DNA of 64,000 nt from Octopus vulgaris. Taxonomy: Eukaryota. Below the pieces are notes generated by a model. That model saw only the letters and a program-made list of their open reading frames with translations, ran no database searches and was not told the DNA's origin. Below, piece after piece: positions 40,239 through 54,491 of this stretch. Within the stretch, counting starts at the first letter, position 1. Each line of letters starts with the position of its first letter. Both the position numbers and the translations under genes were made by a program. The stretch is taken from contig OX597821.1 of the NCBI GenBank assembly GCA_951406725.2, forward strand, positions 2,976,001 through 3,040,000. The letters are read 5' to 3'.

Positions 40239-40635
40239 AAGATACTGGAAAGACTGGTACCAAACTTTGGAATAAAGAGCTATATCAGACCACGAACAGG
40301 ACGTCACTGTGCTGCCCCATTGTGCCGTCTGCTTCATCTCGGGCAAGGAGGATGTACTGCAAAAGCTTGGGTTTCAAGGGCCCACAGATCTTTAACTGTC
40401 TGCCGAAGAATCTGAGGAGCCTCCATGGAGTGAATGTAGACGTTTTCAAATGTGAACCTGACCTCTGGCTCTCCGAGATCCCGGATGAGCCAATATCTAG
40501 CAAGAAACTCAAAAGAGGGCAGTAGCATCGAACTCTATCCTTCGCCAGAAGCCGCTCCGACAAAGGTGGAAACTGGAAAGATGATTACAATGGCGGTACT
40601 CCAGCATGGCCACAGTCATTGGACTGAAACATATA
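40085..40635 (+). mobile_element. 5'-truncated CR1/L2-group LINE related to 1431-5117
   Basis: RLKELRLYSLERRWERYAVIY...YCKSLGFKGPQIFNCLPKNLRSLHGV. The 3' end is ggcggtactccagcatggccacagtcattggactgaaac plus (taagagaa)n. Confidence 0.9.
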
Positions 40636-40947
40636 AGAGAATAAGAGAATATAATGTACTCAACTATCATGAACAACCGGAGATTGAAATTTAGTCAATT
40701 GCTAACAATGTTGTTACGGGCTACCAGGGAAAACTTCACACTGCTATCTCATGCGCTTAAAAATATCAGCTCGTTCTTAAAGAGGTGTTTTCTAGAAGCA
40801 GTTGTTTCCCTACCCTTGTGTAGTACGTTCTTGGGTAACTGCTCTGTGTGAGTAGGTTTGTCAGTTGGGTCGCAGCGTCTGTCACTTATGTGTGTGGTTT
40901 CCTTTCCTTTTGCACATATGTAGCTTTGACAGTGGTAGGCAAGGCTG

Positions 40948-42085
40948 ACACCCAAGACACACTAAAACAAACATCCCCTTCAACCTTGCAAGAAGGATAT
41001 GCACAATAGTGTCAGAACAAAATACCAGGAACTTTAGACTGCAAGAACTCAAAAACACCCTAATTGACAGACATTACCCAACTCAACTCATAGAGGATGG
41101 GATCAGACGTGCAACAGAAATCAACATAGAAACTTTAAGAAAAGTTCAACACAACAACACACCATCCCCGAAAATACTACCTTACATATCTACATACAAC
41201 CCCAGAAACAAAGAAGCCTTCACCATCATCACCCAGAATTTACCAATACTTCATAAAAACCCAAAATTAAAGGAAATTCTAAACATACACCAAATCATTA
41301 AAAGCTACAAACAGCCTAAATCATTTAAAAAGATTCTCACAAAGGCAAAATTGTCTTCTAAAATTACGGATGCAAAAGTAAAAAAATGTGGTAGATCGAA
41401 CTGTGCAACATGTCCTAACCTATTGGAAGGATCAGAATTCTTCTTTAAAGAGGGACAGAAATTCAAGATCAAATCTAACTTTACTTGTGCCTCTGAAAAC
41501 ATAATTTATGTCATAAAATGCTCGGGCTGCCACCAAGACTACGTGGGATCCACGGGACTATCACTCAGACGTAGATGCACACAGCATCGACAACAGATTG
41601 CATTCCCAGAATACAGAATGATACCTTTTAGTGAGCACATTGAGAAATGCGCAAAGCAACTACTACCACAGTTTTTAATCTTTCCATTTTACCAATGTGC
41701 TATCGGATCATCAACACAAATTAGACTAAACAAGGAAACATTCTTCATTGAAAAGTACAAGCTCATCCCAACATACTGATACAGAGACATTCACACCAAA
41801 GGAAAGGAAAAAAATTTTAAGCGATTATCTCCCTTACACCGGAAGAAATCACTCATTACCTTCCCTTTATTTAGAACTCTTTTGAACATAAACATAACGA
41901 TAACTCTATTCAACATAAATATAACGTTGTAAGAAATTTGAAAAGCTAAATGCGAAACCGGTCTTTCTTCAAAACTATGTCATTATAAGAGAACATTTTT
42001 TTAAAAATATTCTTCAGACATATTGACGCAAATATATATTTTTTAACATTTAAGCCTTCTGTAGTTTTTTCCTTTTTACTATTTT
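40948..42085 (+). mobile_element. 5'-truncated Penelope-like element (Neptune/Naiad-type linker, GIY-YIG endonuclease) with a degenerate hammerhead in its 3' region
   Basis: Upstream HPRHTKTNIP, then (frameshifted) NLARRICTIVSE. Motif 41931-41969: aagaaat-TTGAAAA-gc taaat gc-GAA-ACCGGT-C-tttctt. Ends in (TA)n. Confidence 0.85.
41009..41779 (+). CDS. Penelope-like thumb/linker plus GIY-YIG endonuclease (C-terminal fragment)
   Basis: LPYISTYNP, Cys-rich KKCGRSNCATC, FTCASENIIYVIKCSGCHQDYVGST...LRRRCTQHR, and C-terminal KETFFI. Confidence 0.88.
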   Translation: MSEQNTRNFRLQELKNTLIDRHYPTQLIEDGIRRATEINIETLRKVQHNNTPSPKILPYISTYNPRNKEAFTIITQNLPILHKNPKLKEILNIHQIIKSYKQPKSFKKILTKAKLSSKITDAKVKKCGRSNCATCPNLLEGSEFFFKEGQKFKIKSNFTCASENIIYVIKCSGCHQDYVGSTGLSLRRRCTQHRQQIAFPEYRMIPFSEHIEKCAKQLLPQFLIFPFYQCAIGSSTQIRLNKETFFIEKYKLIPTY

Positions 42086-42090
42086 ATATA

Positions 42091-42148
<58 letters not shown>

Positions 42149-44169
42149 CAGGCGTGGATGTGTAGTCTTGCGGTACCTCATCTGAAACGATACATTCTGT
42201 GCCTAGAAATGGGCTGGTACTACATTAGGTTTCATCCTTTCTAGGTTGATAAATCAGTTCATTAGTGGAGCCAATTCTAGACTCAGCTTTTTCTGCTTCA
42301 TTCTCTATCTCTCTGTCACACACATACGCACGCACACACACACACGCGCGTACACACACATTCGCTTCTAAAATGTGTCAACAAATGAACTATTGCGCTC
42401 TGTGTCAGAACTCTCTTTTCCATACAACATATGATGTGTCTAGTGCACAGCTAGCAGTCTCATCTCTTTTTGCTGGCTACATCACCCTTCCACAGAAAAC
42501 AGACAGTGTATTGTGTGTGCACGACTTTGGAAGTACCGTACGGGAAAGCTAAAATATTTGCCCGATGCTCTACAGATTTTCTTAATCCTTCGTCTTCTCA
42601 TATAAAACATAACAACGTGTCAGTGGATTGATTCATTGACGGATTTTCAGCCATTAGTTACGTCCTTACTACATTTAAATTTTAATTTCAAGCCTCGTTT
42701 GTCTTTGCACTGTGACTTGTCAGGTCTGCTAAAGCAAATGTACAATTTGTACCGGGGCTAATTAGCTCAAGTGTGCAACTCCGTCAGAAATATATGGCCT
42801 TGTGACAAAGTGAGAAATCATTACAATTCACCGTGCTGAACATAATTGTTTTTAGTTTAATATTAATGCAAACCGTCACTATATTAAAAAGAATAGGTAT
42901 GAACATGAGAATTTGAATTTTTTCGACCTCTTTAAGAACGGGTGCAGATGATTTAAAAATAATGGTTATGTGTGTTATAACTGCATTTTTATATTCAAAT
43001 ATAAAAGTTCGATTTAAAAAAAAATTCAAATGCATTAATTGCTACTTAAATTAAATAACGAATACAAAAATTTCGGACATTTTAACCTAACTAAATTATT
43101 TAGAGTTTGGTGATTAAGGGCAATATATTTTAGATTTCCTAGAAGATAAATTGCTAAAACATCATTAAAAATACATAAAGATTTCACAAATATATAGGAA
43201 AACAGGGGAGGTGGATTTAATGATGCATATCCCCTGCTGAACAAAGTTCTCTAAAAATATAAATGGAGAAAATGCGTACAAAAGTAATTAATTACAAAAA
43301 TAAGTGATTCACCTGTATTAGGAATTTTAATTGCTTTAGGATAATTTCCGATACCCGAGAAGCAATTTAAACTTTATTGTGACTTTTATTTATTTATATT
43401 TTTTGCCTTTTAACTGGTTCGTTTCGTTTGTTAGCAATTCCACTAATCTTTGGAGACATTAATTATTATAATCATTATTAGTTTTTATTTGTTTATTCTT
43501 TTCGATTTGCATGATTAGTTGTTAATATAATCTTAGTCTTGTCATAGAAGATATTGCATCAATAAAACACGGCAGACTAAGGGATACACTACGTACACGC
43601 CAAAAATATCGCTAATATGTAGAACGGAATGGTTGAACTTCTGAGAAGTTGGTACAACTGTACAGATTCATTCCTTAGTTAATGCGGCTAAGTTTTCATA
43701 CTCTGAAATCGAGGAAACGAGTGATTAAGAAATTGTGATTTTGGTAGAAAAGTCTTTTCTCAGAATCGTGAACCCAATACTTTCCTATATTTTGTACAAA
43801 AACTGCTCACTGGTTAATTTTCTTTACAAAGACTTTATGCGTATTGTTTGAAGTAAATTTAGTTCCCTCTCCGTCTTCAGCTGGAATCTATGATTGCACA
43901 TATGGACAGATGACGTTAAAAACTGCTCGAAGACACATATCGGCCGCGTGCGAACATTCGAATATTCCGAAAATTTGATGTTTTGGAAAATATTTTTTCA
44001 CGATGGTGATATCCATATATTCGAACGTGGATTACAGAAGTATAAATTAAAACACTCACTTTTTAAATTGCAATTGACGTAGTGCTTGCACTGCGGGATC
44101 GTAATTTACGTCGGAGAAAACATTTCCCCTTCTCAATAAACTAATAAATAAATATATACATAATGTTTT

Positions 44170-44449
44170 TTATTTATTTATGCGCCCTTTTCAAGCCTAG
44201 CCCGGTTTCTGTGGCGTATGCGTTTCCCCGTAGCTGGGCGGGACGCCAGCCCATCCCAACGTTACTCAAGAAACAGGAAGAAATTTGGGACGAAAGAGTT
44301 CAACAAGGGTCGCCAGCACCTCCTGCCGGAGCCTCGTAGAGTTTTAGATGTTTTCGCGCAATAAACACACACAACACCCGGTCTGAGAATCGAAACCGTG
44401 ACCCTCTGACCGCGAATCCACTGTCCAAACCACTAGGCCATTGCGCCTC
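44170..44449 (-). mobile_element. tRNA-headed SINE (family C/D)
   Basis: Minus strand: ggaggcgcaatggcctagtgg...ggtttcgattctcagacc...gctaggcttgaaaagggcgcataaa. Confidence 0.85.
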
Positions 44450-47400
44450 CAAATACTTGATACGGAACATTTAATATTCAATTGCAAGCTTGAACGTATT
44501 TGGTTTCTATCCCACATTTGTAACAAATTGACCAGTAACACGCTTAAGTTAATCCAATATTATATATAACTACATATTTGACCGATAATTCATACAGACT
44601 CGATAAAACGAACCGCAGTAATCGATTACCACGTTACTTCACGGTTATTGTTTTAATTCCTCAAGTACCTTCTTTCTTCCTAGTATAGAGGAAGTAAAGT
44701 GCAACCAAGTATCAACGACCTCACGCTTCCCAAAGCTCTATATGCTTGAAACAGTTTGAACCAATATATCCATTCCTCTACAACAGTTAATCGAGTTGTG
44801 AGTAAACTATACATAGACAGTAAGCATTGATTTATGTCTATGATTTATAGTTTAACCAACAGTGTCACCGTTGACAGAAGCCTACGAGTCTTTCTATCAC
44901 CGACAGTTGTTTTATTGTAGAGTTAGCTATTCAGTCCATCTAAAACGTTTCCCAAGAAAAGTTTCACTGTTGTTTACATAGAAAGTGAAATTATTTCTTA
45001 GAAACGGTGTAAATTTTATCTTTTGGAAGCAGTATCGGTGGAAACTTCTAATTTAATTAATTTTATTAAATTAAAATGTATGAGAACATTCAGTGTGAAA
45101 GGAGGAATAAATTGAATAAATATTCTGGATTTATGATTTTGAGAATGATTTGCTCACATGTGTTAATCTAAGCTAGTCTCTTGGCTAACTATCAGTTAAA
45201 GGAATTTTCATGAAAAAGAATTAATTAAACTGTACTGTTCACTCTCATCTCTCATTACTGAACTGTCAATCAAATCTTATGTCGCTTTTGTTAATTAGGA
45301 CGTGGATATTCCATTTACAGCTACGAAACCAAATACGGCTCTGATTTATAGAAAATAGGATTTCAGTTACGTGCCTATTCAAGCCTCCAATGCCAAAGGA
45401 ATGCGTTATGTGCCAAATAGCTGTCTTTTTAATTCTAACTCGTAATCATTTCGGTTATACATCTCTCAAGCAAGCTTTGTTTGAAGAAACAGGTATATTT
45501 AGCATTCGTTTCAGTCATTGTAACGCTTCTGCTAATTTTAAGGTTAAGAATAGTCTGTTAAGCCTTCCCAAGTCACCGTACTTCACCGATACTATTTCAA
45601 CAACCTCGTAATGATAACATACAGGTTTTATCTGTAGATGGTTTAAGCTCAAAGTGTAAATGTGCATAAATAAATTCTGCAAATTCCTGTGTGAGATTCT
45701 GCACTAATATTGCTAAGCATGGTCATGTATAAAAGAAGACACGTTTGGTCATTCCTTTGAAATTCATCCACTTTTCCCATCTGTAGGTTGTTTAACTTTC
45801 TTTTACTGAATGTACAACGGGAGATAAATGATTAAACAGTAAAGACATTTACAGGCATCACAAAGTATATGTTCCATCTTATATTTGTCAATGTAGGTAG
45901 CTGTTACCATTATTGTCTCTTGTATCAAATACCATATAAAATTTCTCGTTCTTGACTTCAGGTATCTAGAGATCAAACTCCAAACAAGTCAATATTTTGT
46001 CTTTATTCTTGCTAGGATATTTAAATAAAACATAACAATATAGTGATTTACACCTCATTTCTTTTAAGCTTGCCGTAATTCTTAAACCAAGGGAAGATAT
46101 GACATTATCTTCAAATGCAAATGTACATTAAACCAAACCCGCATTAAAACGTGAAGGTCCTTGCTAAATCGTTAAAAACTCTCTCAAAGAACAATCTATA
46201 TGTACAGGAAGGTGTAATGCATCCAACGAAATTGGAATTTTGTATACATTTATCGGAATTTGTGAAATTACAGGTACGTTCCTTTCTTTAATACATAAAG
46301 GTATGTAATAATAATAATAAGCTCTTAGCCCTACAATTTCTTTCTACCATCAGTTAAATAGAAAGTTGCATCACGTATAGGGCACTTTAAAATTATACAA
46401 TTGTTCGATCGTGTTTGAAGTGGCTAGGAATATTACTTGTCAGTAAAACTACTGTGCTGATCTCTTTTAAAACTAGCATTTTTGCTTGTTGCAAAATCAG
46501 CGAATGTATGTTAGCTTGAAAAATATATATTGCGAGCAGAGTCGAGCTGCTGCCATCTCTAGCAGACGAGGTGTCCAGTACCGAAGAGCTGCAAAAGTAG
46601 CCCTAAACCAGGACTTGTCTACTGGTCCCGTCGCTAAAATATGGTAGGGTTTCACTCCCCTGCTCACAATTTATCGGAAGAGCTCTGCATCTTTAACCAG
46701 CTAGAGATGTCCTCTTGGGGTTAAACAATCACAGTAGAGTCTGTTCGAACGGACGGCCATGTTGAAGTAGCTACGGATAACTATAACTATTTCTAGTCCT
46801 AGTGTACTGTGAAACAGATATTAGGTTAAGAATCAGATGCAAACATTCAGCACTATACAATTTAATATGTAGGAAATGATTTGGTATTAGGACATACTCA
46901 AGTATCTTATTAAAAAATAAAATTCTGTACATTATATGTTATAGATATAGCTTACTATTCTGGATGTACTGCGACAATCTTGCTATTTGATAAAGTAAGG
47001 CCATTGATATAGTTGATATGTGGTTGATTAAAAGATCAAACTCAGAAAAGAATTGTTCGATTGTGTTTGATCTTTTAATCATTGACGTATCAAGTATTTG
47101 ACTGGCGAACGCATTAGAAGCATTACTGGCAAAGATTATAGAAAAATCTTTGTAAATAATTCTTCAAAGTTAAAACGAACAATCTGAGAAGCCATTCACT
47201 GACAATGCGCATCAATATCAGTCTATAAATACTGACTGGAGAAAATATGCGAACGACTGAAGTATGGACATAGAAACTTATTTAAAACTGACCTTAAATA
47301 TTAAGTAAAGTTACAATAATATGAGAGGGAAAAAGAGAGACGCCTTCCGCCGAATTAATAAATAGTTTATTAGAAACATTATAAGTAAGTAATATTTCTT

Positions 47401-47674
47401 TGCACCTCATTATTTCACCCAGCGTATAGAAATACCACAGACACTCACATAAAAGTTTAAACATCTTTTGAGCAATACAGTTGAAAAGTAAAGAAAAACT
47501 TTGAAGTTATTTGATGATCGCATAATATATCGGGCAGGGTTCTTCTTCTTAACCAAAAGCAAAACCTATCTAAAGAAGGGGAATCACAAAATATTTACGG
47601 TATCTATATAAGGGTGAAACATACTTTTTGTCGTGTTTTAATTTATTGATATTTGGTAATTTGTCGTTATTTAT

Positions 47675-48076
47675 ATTCTTTTCTACTCTAAGCATATGGC
47701 ATGAAATTTTTGGGGAGAGGGCCAGTCGATTAGATCGACCCAAGTATGTAACTGGTACTTAATTTATCGACTCCGAAAGGATATAAGGCAAAGTCGACCT
47801 CGGCGGAATTTGAATTTAGAACGTAAAGACAGACGAAATACAAATTTCTTTACTACCCACACGGGGCTAAACACAGACAGGACAAACAAGGACATACAAA
47901 TGGATTAAGTCAATTATATCGACCCCAGTGCGTAACTATTACTTATTTAATCGACCTCGAATGGATGAAAGGCAAAGTCAACCTCGGTGTAATTTGAACT
48001 CAGAACGTAGCGGCAGATGAAATACCGCAAAGCATTTCGCCCGGCGTTCTAACGTTCCTGCCAGCTCGCTGCCTTC
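47675..48076 (-). mobile_element. Dimeric SINE family B (tail-1 unit joined to a headless tail-2 unit)
   Basis: Minus strand: head-core-...ccccgtgtgggtagtaaagaaat | ttgtatttcgtctg-core-...agagtagaaaagaata. Confidence 0.85.
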
Positions 48077-48879
48077 GCCAATCTTTATATTGATAATTGG
48101 GCGTAACTTGTCGACTGCAAGTTATACTCGGTGCAATACTTCAGACAAATTGCTATCTCTTATTGTAAAAATATATATAACTAATATCCCTCATCCGATA
48201 TTTGTTTGTATAATGGTATTTTATCTAGAGTAAATCCATAAATTCTCCATTTCAAACTTACCGATAATATTTTGCCTCACTTGAACATAGTATTAAGTAT
48301 TTTAAAGATTCCTATCAGTGTCAGATAGATGTGGAAATTTACCAATTCTCCCCGATATGTTATGGAAGAAAACAGCAATAAATAGGCTTGTTACTGTAGG
48401 GTGTCAGCTAAATTATCATCGACAAAATAGCCCGAGAATGTATAAAATCTAGCCGTCATTAATAAAACAATAATCAAGCCCCTAATTATTCGCAGTGGGA
48501 CCGAGAATGCAAATTTACTTAAAACACGATAGAATTGAGAGAGTGGTGCTTACATGATCGTCCTCGATAAAATTGTGACTTACATACTGAATGTCCTGGT
48601 GATGCTACTGCTGCAGTTGAAGATGAGGGTCATGGTAATGATAATGAGGAAGGCGAGATTGTGGCTTATGTAATAACGATGATAATGTTAGCGATTTTGA
48701 TGATGATGGTGATGACATCGAAGACGGTGATGGTGATGATCATGATGGTTGCTTGGCAATAATTGTTTGCTTGAATGCAACGGTTCTGGCTCTATCACCG
48801 GAGTTAGGTCAACGTCGTGTCTAGCAGCTACTTAAGTGAGTGTGCTCTTGGGAAACCCAGGTAGTTTAAGCATATCACT

Positions 48880-49070
48880 TTCAGAGTGGCTAGCAGAATC
48901 GTTTAGAAGCCGAACAAAATTATTTGCAGTTTTTCGTCTGTTTTTATGTTCTGAGTTCAAAATTATTTCGGGTTCGATAATTTACGTACGAGGTGAACGC
49001 TGGAGTCAGTGTAATCAACTTAACGGATCTCCTGAGATTGCTGGTCTTGTACCAAAATTTGAAAGCAATA
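48880..49070 (+). mobile_element. Highly diverged SINE family B
   Basis: ggctagcagaatcgtt...tttcgtctg...gttctgagttcaaa. Confidence 0.55.
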
Positions 49071-50569
49071 TTTATCTCTGTAGATCTCTTGATAAAGTGC
49101 TGGTTGGATGATGTTGCTTTGTTTGAAGACAGGCTGTACATTATTACATAATATATTCAAAGATTTCAGTCGACATTGTACTGACATGTAATCACGTTGT
49201 ATATTTAAATCGCTATATCTTATTTACAGAAGGGAGATATGTACCATTGTGCAGGATAGCACATCTCTTCTTAAAACTCAATTATCATGTATTTTCTGCA
49301 GTTTATCTTCCATTTTCGAATACCATCTTGAAATTCCCTAATTTTAATTAAAATTCGTAATATGACGAATCAGGAGACACTATTTGCTAAATAAATCATT
49401 CCAATTTGGGGATTATCACGTGTCCCTGTATCGATCAAAACTTTTAAACTCAGTACTCTGTTTATATATTTAAACTTGGGTTAGTTTATCTAACTGAAAT
49501 GAAGATATGGATGTTTTATGAAAAACAACACTTCTTAACTTCAATTCATTCCAGTTGCATTTATTGCAGAAAAAAAAAACATCAGTTTAATGCTTCTAGA
49601 AAAATGTATTCAGTAAAAGCTGAACAAAGGTAATATCAGCACAATGTTTGAACTCTGGAATTTAAACTTTAAAATCCCAATAATATACCTTTTCTATCTA
49701 TATTTTATGCTGAATGGCACGCAATGTCTAACGAAAAGCAGATAAGTTTAAATATTTTATTTACTCCAACTAGCACGCTTCTTCGACATCATTTTCAGAA
49801 AAGAATTTCAATGACTTGTAAATTATGATAATACTTCTTTCAGAAAGGAAAGAATGCAAATGCTAGCATGTTTTGGAAGGCTAAGCATATTTAATCCTTT
49901 ATGTAAAACATTTCGATTATTTTTTTTGTAAATCACCCTACCTATCATTACTCAACACATGACGTAAATTATTCACAGAATATAAACATATTTTTGTTAT
50001 TAATTTCTAGTACAGAAATACTAGTTGATTGCATCACGTCATAATAGACTAGACTTATTTTCGATAATACGTAAATACTTGTTGGGTAAATATACCCGTT
50101 TGCATGCAGTTAGAATTTTAAAATCCAAAATTTTACGCTGAATGTACATTGTTTATTGTACTATTTTGCTCTTCATTGAGAAAGAATATTTTGCTCGTCC
50201 TTCAGAGAGTAAATAACTAAGGCTTTAATTATCAAAAGTTGTGCCGAAATGGCTATCAAGTGACTTCATAGATTGCACGATAGAATGTATATATATTTAT
50301 AAAAAAATATATATAATCCTTATTAATGCCTGCTCGTCGTGAAATAAATATTATTCGTGTCCTTATTGTTGACACACGTGATTAATAAAACGAAATGGAT
50401 AATAGCGTTCTACTCTTTTCTACATTTTTTCATTCTTTAAAAAAGCCATTTTTTAATGTTTCATGCGAAATGTACCGGTTAATTTTTGTTTCATCGCCAG
50501 TGTGTCACACAACAATATTGACACCTAATTACAATACTGTAATTAATGTTGTAATATTTTACGCATAGT

Positions 50570-50872
50570 TCAGGGGTTAGAGCGTCAAGCTTACGATCAT
50601 GAAGTTGTGAGCTCGAATTCCGTACCGGGCAGCGTGTTGTGTTCTTGAGCAAGACACTTTATTTCATATTGCCCCAGTTCATTCAGCTGTAGAAATGAGT
50701 TGCAACGTCACGAGTGCCAAACTGTATCGGCCTTTGCCTTTCCCTTGGATAACACTGGTGGCGTGGAGAGGGGAGGCCGGTATGCATAAATAACCATGGC
50801 CGAACTTGTGTCTGGGAGGGTAACTTTCTAGGTGCAATCCCATGGTCTGTGTCGTTACCGAAGGGGGTCTCG
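50570..50872 (+). mobile_element. CORE-type SINE with a third kind of tail
   Basis: ggttagagcg...ttgtgttcttgagcaagacactttatttcatattgccccagttcattcagctgtagaaatgagt. Confidence 0.75.
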
Positions 50873-51334
50873 GATTATTTTACCCGAGTATGCAATGTCT
50901 ACTCATCTTCATTTTCAGTGAAAACAACGTACATTAACAGAGCCATAGCATTAATTTAACTATAGGTTCTATCCGTACTGATAACATTAAAGAAAAAATT
51001 TGGAAACCAGTTGTACTGGTAACATTTCACTTCATAACCACTTTGCTCGGGTATCACCAAGCTGCGATCAAAAGAAGCGTCATATATATATGCATAATTA
51101 GAAATACTCAGATCCACCGGCATGCAAGCGCGCACGAACACACTCCTATGCAGACATACCATAAACAAGCATATAGATATAAATTTTGAGTTTACATCAA
51201 GTTATATATAGCAGAAATTTGATTTTAAAACATACTAATAAATAGTTTTCAGCGTTAAAGATGTGTACTAAACTTTTGCAAGAGGACGTCGTCACGTTTG
51301 TTTTTTCACGGTTTTTCATTCGTTTATTTGAATT

Positions 51335-51385
<51 letters not shown>

Positions 51386-51442
51386 TAAAAAATTAAAAAA
51401 GGAAAATACGCACACTTACGTTGTTTTAATATAATTTTTAAT

Positions 51443-51477
51443 ATATCGACCGGTTTCGCTATCGCTATTCATGATAT
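51443..51477 (-). ncRNA. Degenerate minimal hammerhead in a (TA)n-flanked insert
   Basis: atatc-ATGAATA-gc gata gc-GAA-ACCGGT-C-gatat. Stems are perfect; the core has two substitutions. Confidence 0.55.
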
Positions 51478-51616
51478 TATGTTTAATTTATTTGAATATA
51501 TATTTTTTCTTAAGAAGAAATTTGGTCCATGTTGTGTGTGATGAAAATCACAAGTGAATTATTTCACAAGTAGACAAATAAAGGGAGGTAATTGGTTGTT
51601 ATTATTGTTATGCTTT

Positions 51617-51699
<83 letters not shown>

Positions 51700-51704
51700 T
51701 ATAT

Positions 51705-54491
51705 TGCACTCTCAGGTATGCAAGTTATGCGTTGCATGCTCTGTGATTTTTTTATCCATATGATCGGAAAATTAGATAAAATAGTTACTTTGTCTCAAAG
51801 AAAATCTGTCCAGTTGTTTTGGAAATATTTGTCTCCCCTTCTCCTCTCTCAGTGACACGTACTTCTGCTTTGAGAAGTCATGCTTTGAGAAGACCCGCAT
51901 GACAGACACTCCCTCTCTGTCTCAGTCGTTTTGAAAATATTTTGTCTCCCCTTCTCCTCTCCCAGTGACTCGTACTTCTGCTTTGAGAAGTCATGCTTTG
52001 AGGAGACCCGCATGACCTCCCTCTCTGTCTCTTTGTTAGTTTTCCCTCCTTCCTTACTCTCTTAGTGACTTGATAAAACAGATGCTAGGACGAAAGGTCG
52101 TTCATAATACTTTGTACCCCCTTCCACTCTCTCTCAGTGACATGTCATGCTTTGAGATGACCGCATTATACCCACTCTCCGTCTCTTTGCTAGTGTATAA
52201 TTGTTGCTGAACATCTGTTTGCACTATTATATTTTTGGAGTGTTCTGAAAACAAAAATATAATCTATATTATAGTTCTTATTTCAGAAGTAGCTAATTAA
52301 TCTTATATTAATTTAACTAAGGTTATTTTTCTGTTTTGTTGAAATTGAGTTACAATTTACGCTGGCGCTTCCACGTGTGTTCTTATATAAGAACAGCCTT
52401 TTACGAAATGAGTGAAATGTGTGTTATAAACGATATTTTGAGAAATAGTTTTGCGAAAAGAGACTTTGATAGAAAATAATTAATTATAAATGGTGGGAGA
52501 CCAACAGCGAATTTACCTAATCTGAGATGCTACAACAAGGAATTCATGAGACAATTTCAGGTTAATTTGTATGAAAAGAAAAAATGGTTAACTGGAAGTG
52601 TTGCTCTTAATAAATTATTCTGTTGGCCGTGTTTACTTTTTGTTTGGAATGATAAAGGCTCTGATGATTTAAATAATTTACATATGGCTATGTTAAAGCA
52701 CATGCGTTCTCAAAGGCATATAAAATCTTTGATAAATCTTAAAATATTCGAGAATATTATCATAGACTTACAATTAGATGCCTGTAAAAATCAAAGCATA
52801 CAACATCTTAATGAGAAAGTCAGACGAAACAGATCCATTCTGCAACGACTGATCGATGTTGTTATTTTTTTAGGCTTCCAGGAATTGTCGTTTTGGGGTC
52901 ATTTTGAATCTGAAGGCTCTAATAATAGTGGAAATTATAAAGAACTCATATATATAATCAGTAAATATGACAAAAAATGGAAAATCATCTAGATATAGCT
53001 TCTATCGTCAACGGTCTTTCAAACAGAATTCAAAATGAATTGATCTTTGCAATTCATAAAGCTATGTTGAATGAGATGCAAAAGGAAATCGAGCAAGCTA
53101 AGTTTGTTTCTATTTTTGTTGATGAGACATCTGATGTCTCAGCATCTTCACAACTGTCAACAGTTTTACGTTATGTTACAGAAGACTGTGTGACGAAACA
53201 ACGATTTATCGGTTTTATTGATGTTAGTGCAGATCGATCTGCAAATGCTTTATCTGAACATGTTTTTAAATGCATTGAGACGTGGGAATGTGGAACCAAA
53301 TTGATTGCGCAGACATATGATGGTGCCGCTACAATGGCAGGACAACTAAATGGGTTACAGGCAAAAGTAAGAAAGAAATATGAATGTGCGATCTTTATTC
53401 ATTGTTGTGCCCATATCCTAAATTTACTTCTTTCACAATCAAGCTCTACTATAAAAGAATGCAAGATATTTTTTGTACGATACACGGACTGAGTACATTT
53501 TTTACGAAATCACCGAAAAGGGCTAATGCATTAGATAACATTGTTAAAAAGAAGATTTCCTAAGGCAACAGCAATGGAATTACTCCTCACGGCTTATTAT
53601 TACCACAAAGGAAAATTATAATTTCGTAATCAGCCTTTTTGAGCACATAATTGAAAATCCTGAAGTATGGGATGATACCACCATAAATTCAACAATTGGA
53701 TTCTTACACACTTTAAAAGCTCCTGATATCTTATTTTTGTTAGAAGTATGGAGTGAGATTTTTTCTTTTACTGACGTTTTATTTAATATCCTCCAGAGTA
53801 AAAGTCATGACATAGTGTATTGTAAAGAGCAAATAGATAAAACTAGAACTGTACTCGAAAACAAACTTGATAATTTTTCAATCTTTTATATGTTAGAGGA
53901 AAAATATGGTGTCGATGCAGGAATCGGAATTCAGAGATCCAAGAATATATCTATTGAGCCCCAACGACATTATAAAATGCTTTATAACAAAATTATCAGT
54001 ACAATAGTTGACCAAATAAAAGCACGATATTCACCCTTAGAAGAGTTTAAATTCATGGAACTTTCAAATTTCAACAAATTTGATGAGTATTGCAAACAAT
54101 TTAAAAATCATGGGTACTATTTAAGAAGAGTGGTCCCGGTGCGTGCACCCGGGCATCAACGCCAGTTAGTCGTGACTAGTCGATCCTTACTTTGTGTTTT
54201 TGTGTTTTATATATTTTGCTTAAAAAATTTATTTACTTTGCTAGATAGTCGTAGTATCGACTAGTCACTAGCCAGCGCGGATGCGCGAGCGCGGCAACGG
54301 GACCACTCTTTTTAAATAGTATCAGGGCGACGTTTTTTTTTTTATTCTAGGTTATATGGGGGTGATTGCATATTCAGAATCTCCCATATGTAAATCGTAG
54401 GAATTCGAAAATCATTTTACTGAAAAATTGCCGGAGGAGGGAAGGCAAAGAGATACATTGCATGCCCAACCCCGGAAGTCACCGCACGCCA

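Noticed and set aside
41009-41779. Selenoprotein-type (UGA-recoding) Naiad element
   Set aside because: The preserved fragment has no internal in-frame TGA before the terminal stop, and I identified no SECIS.
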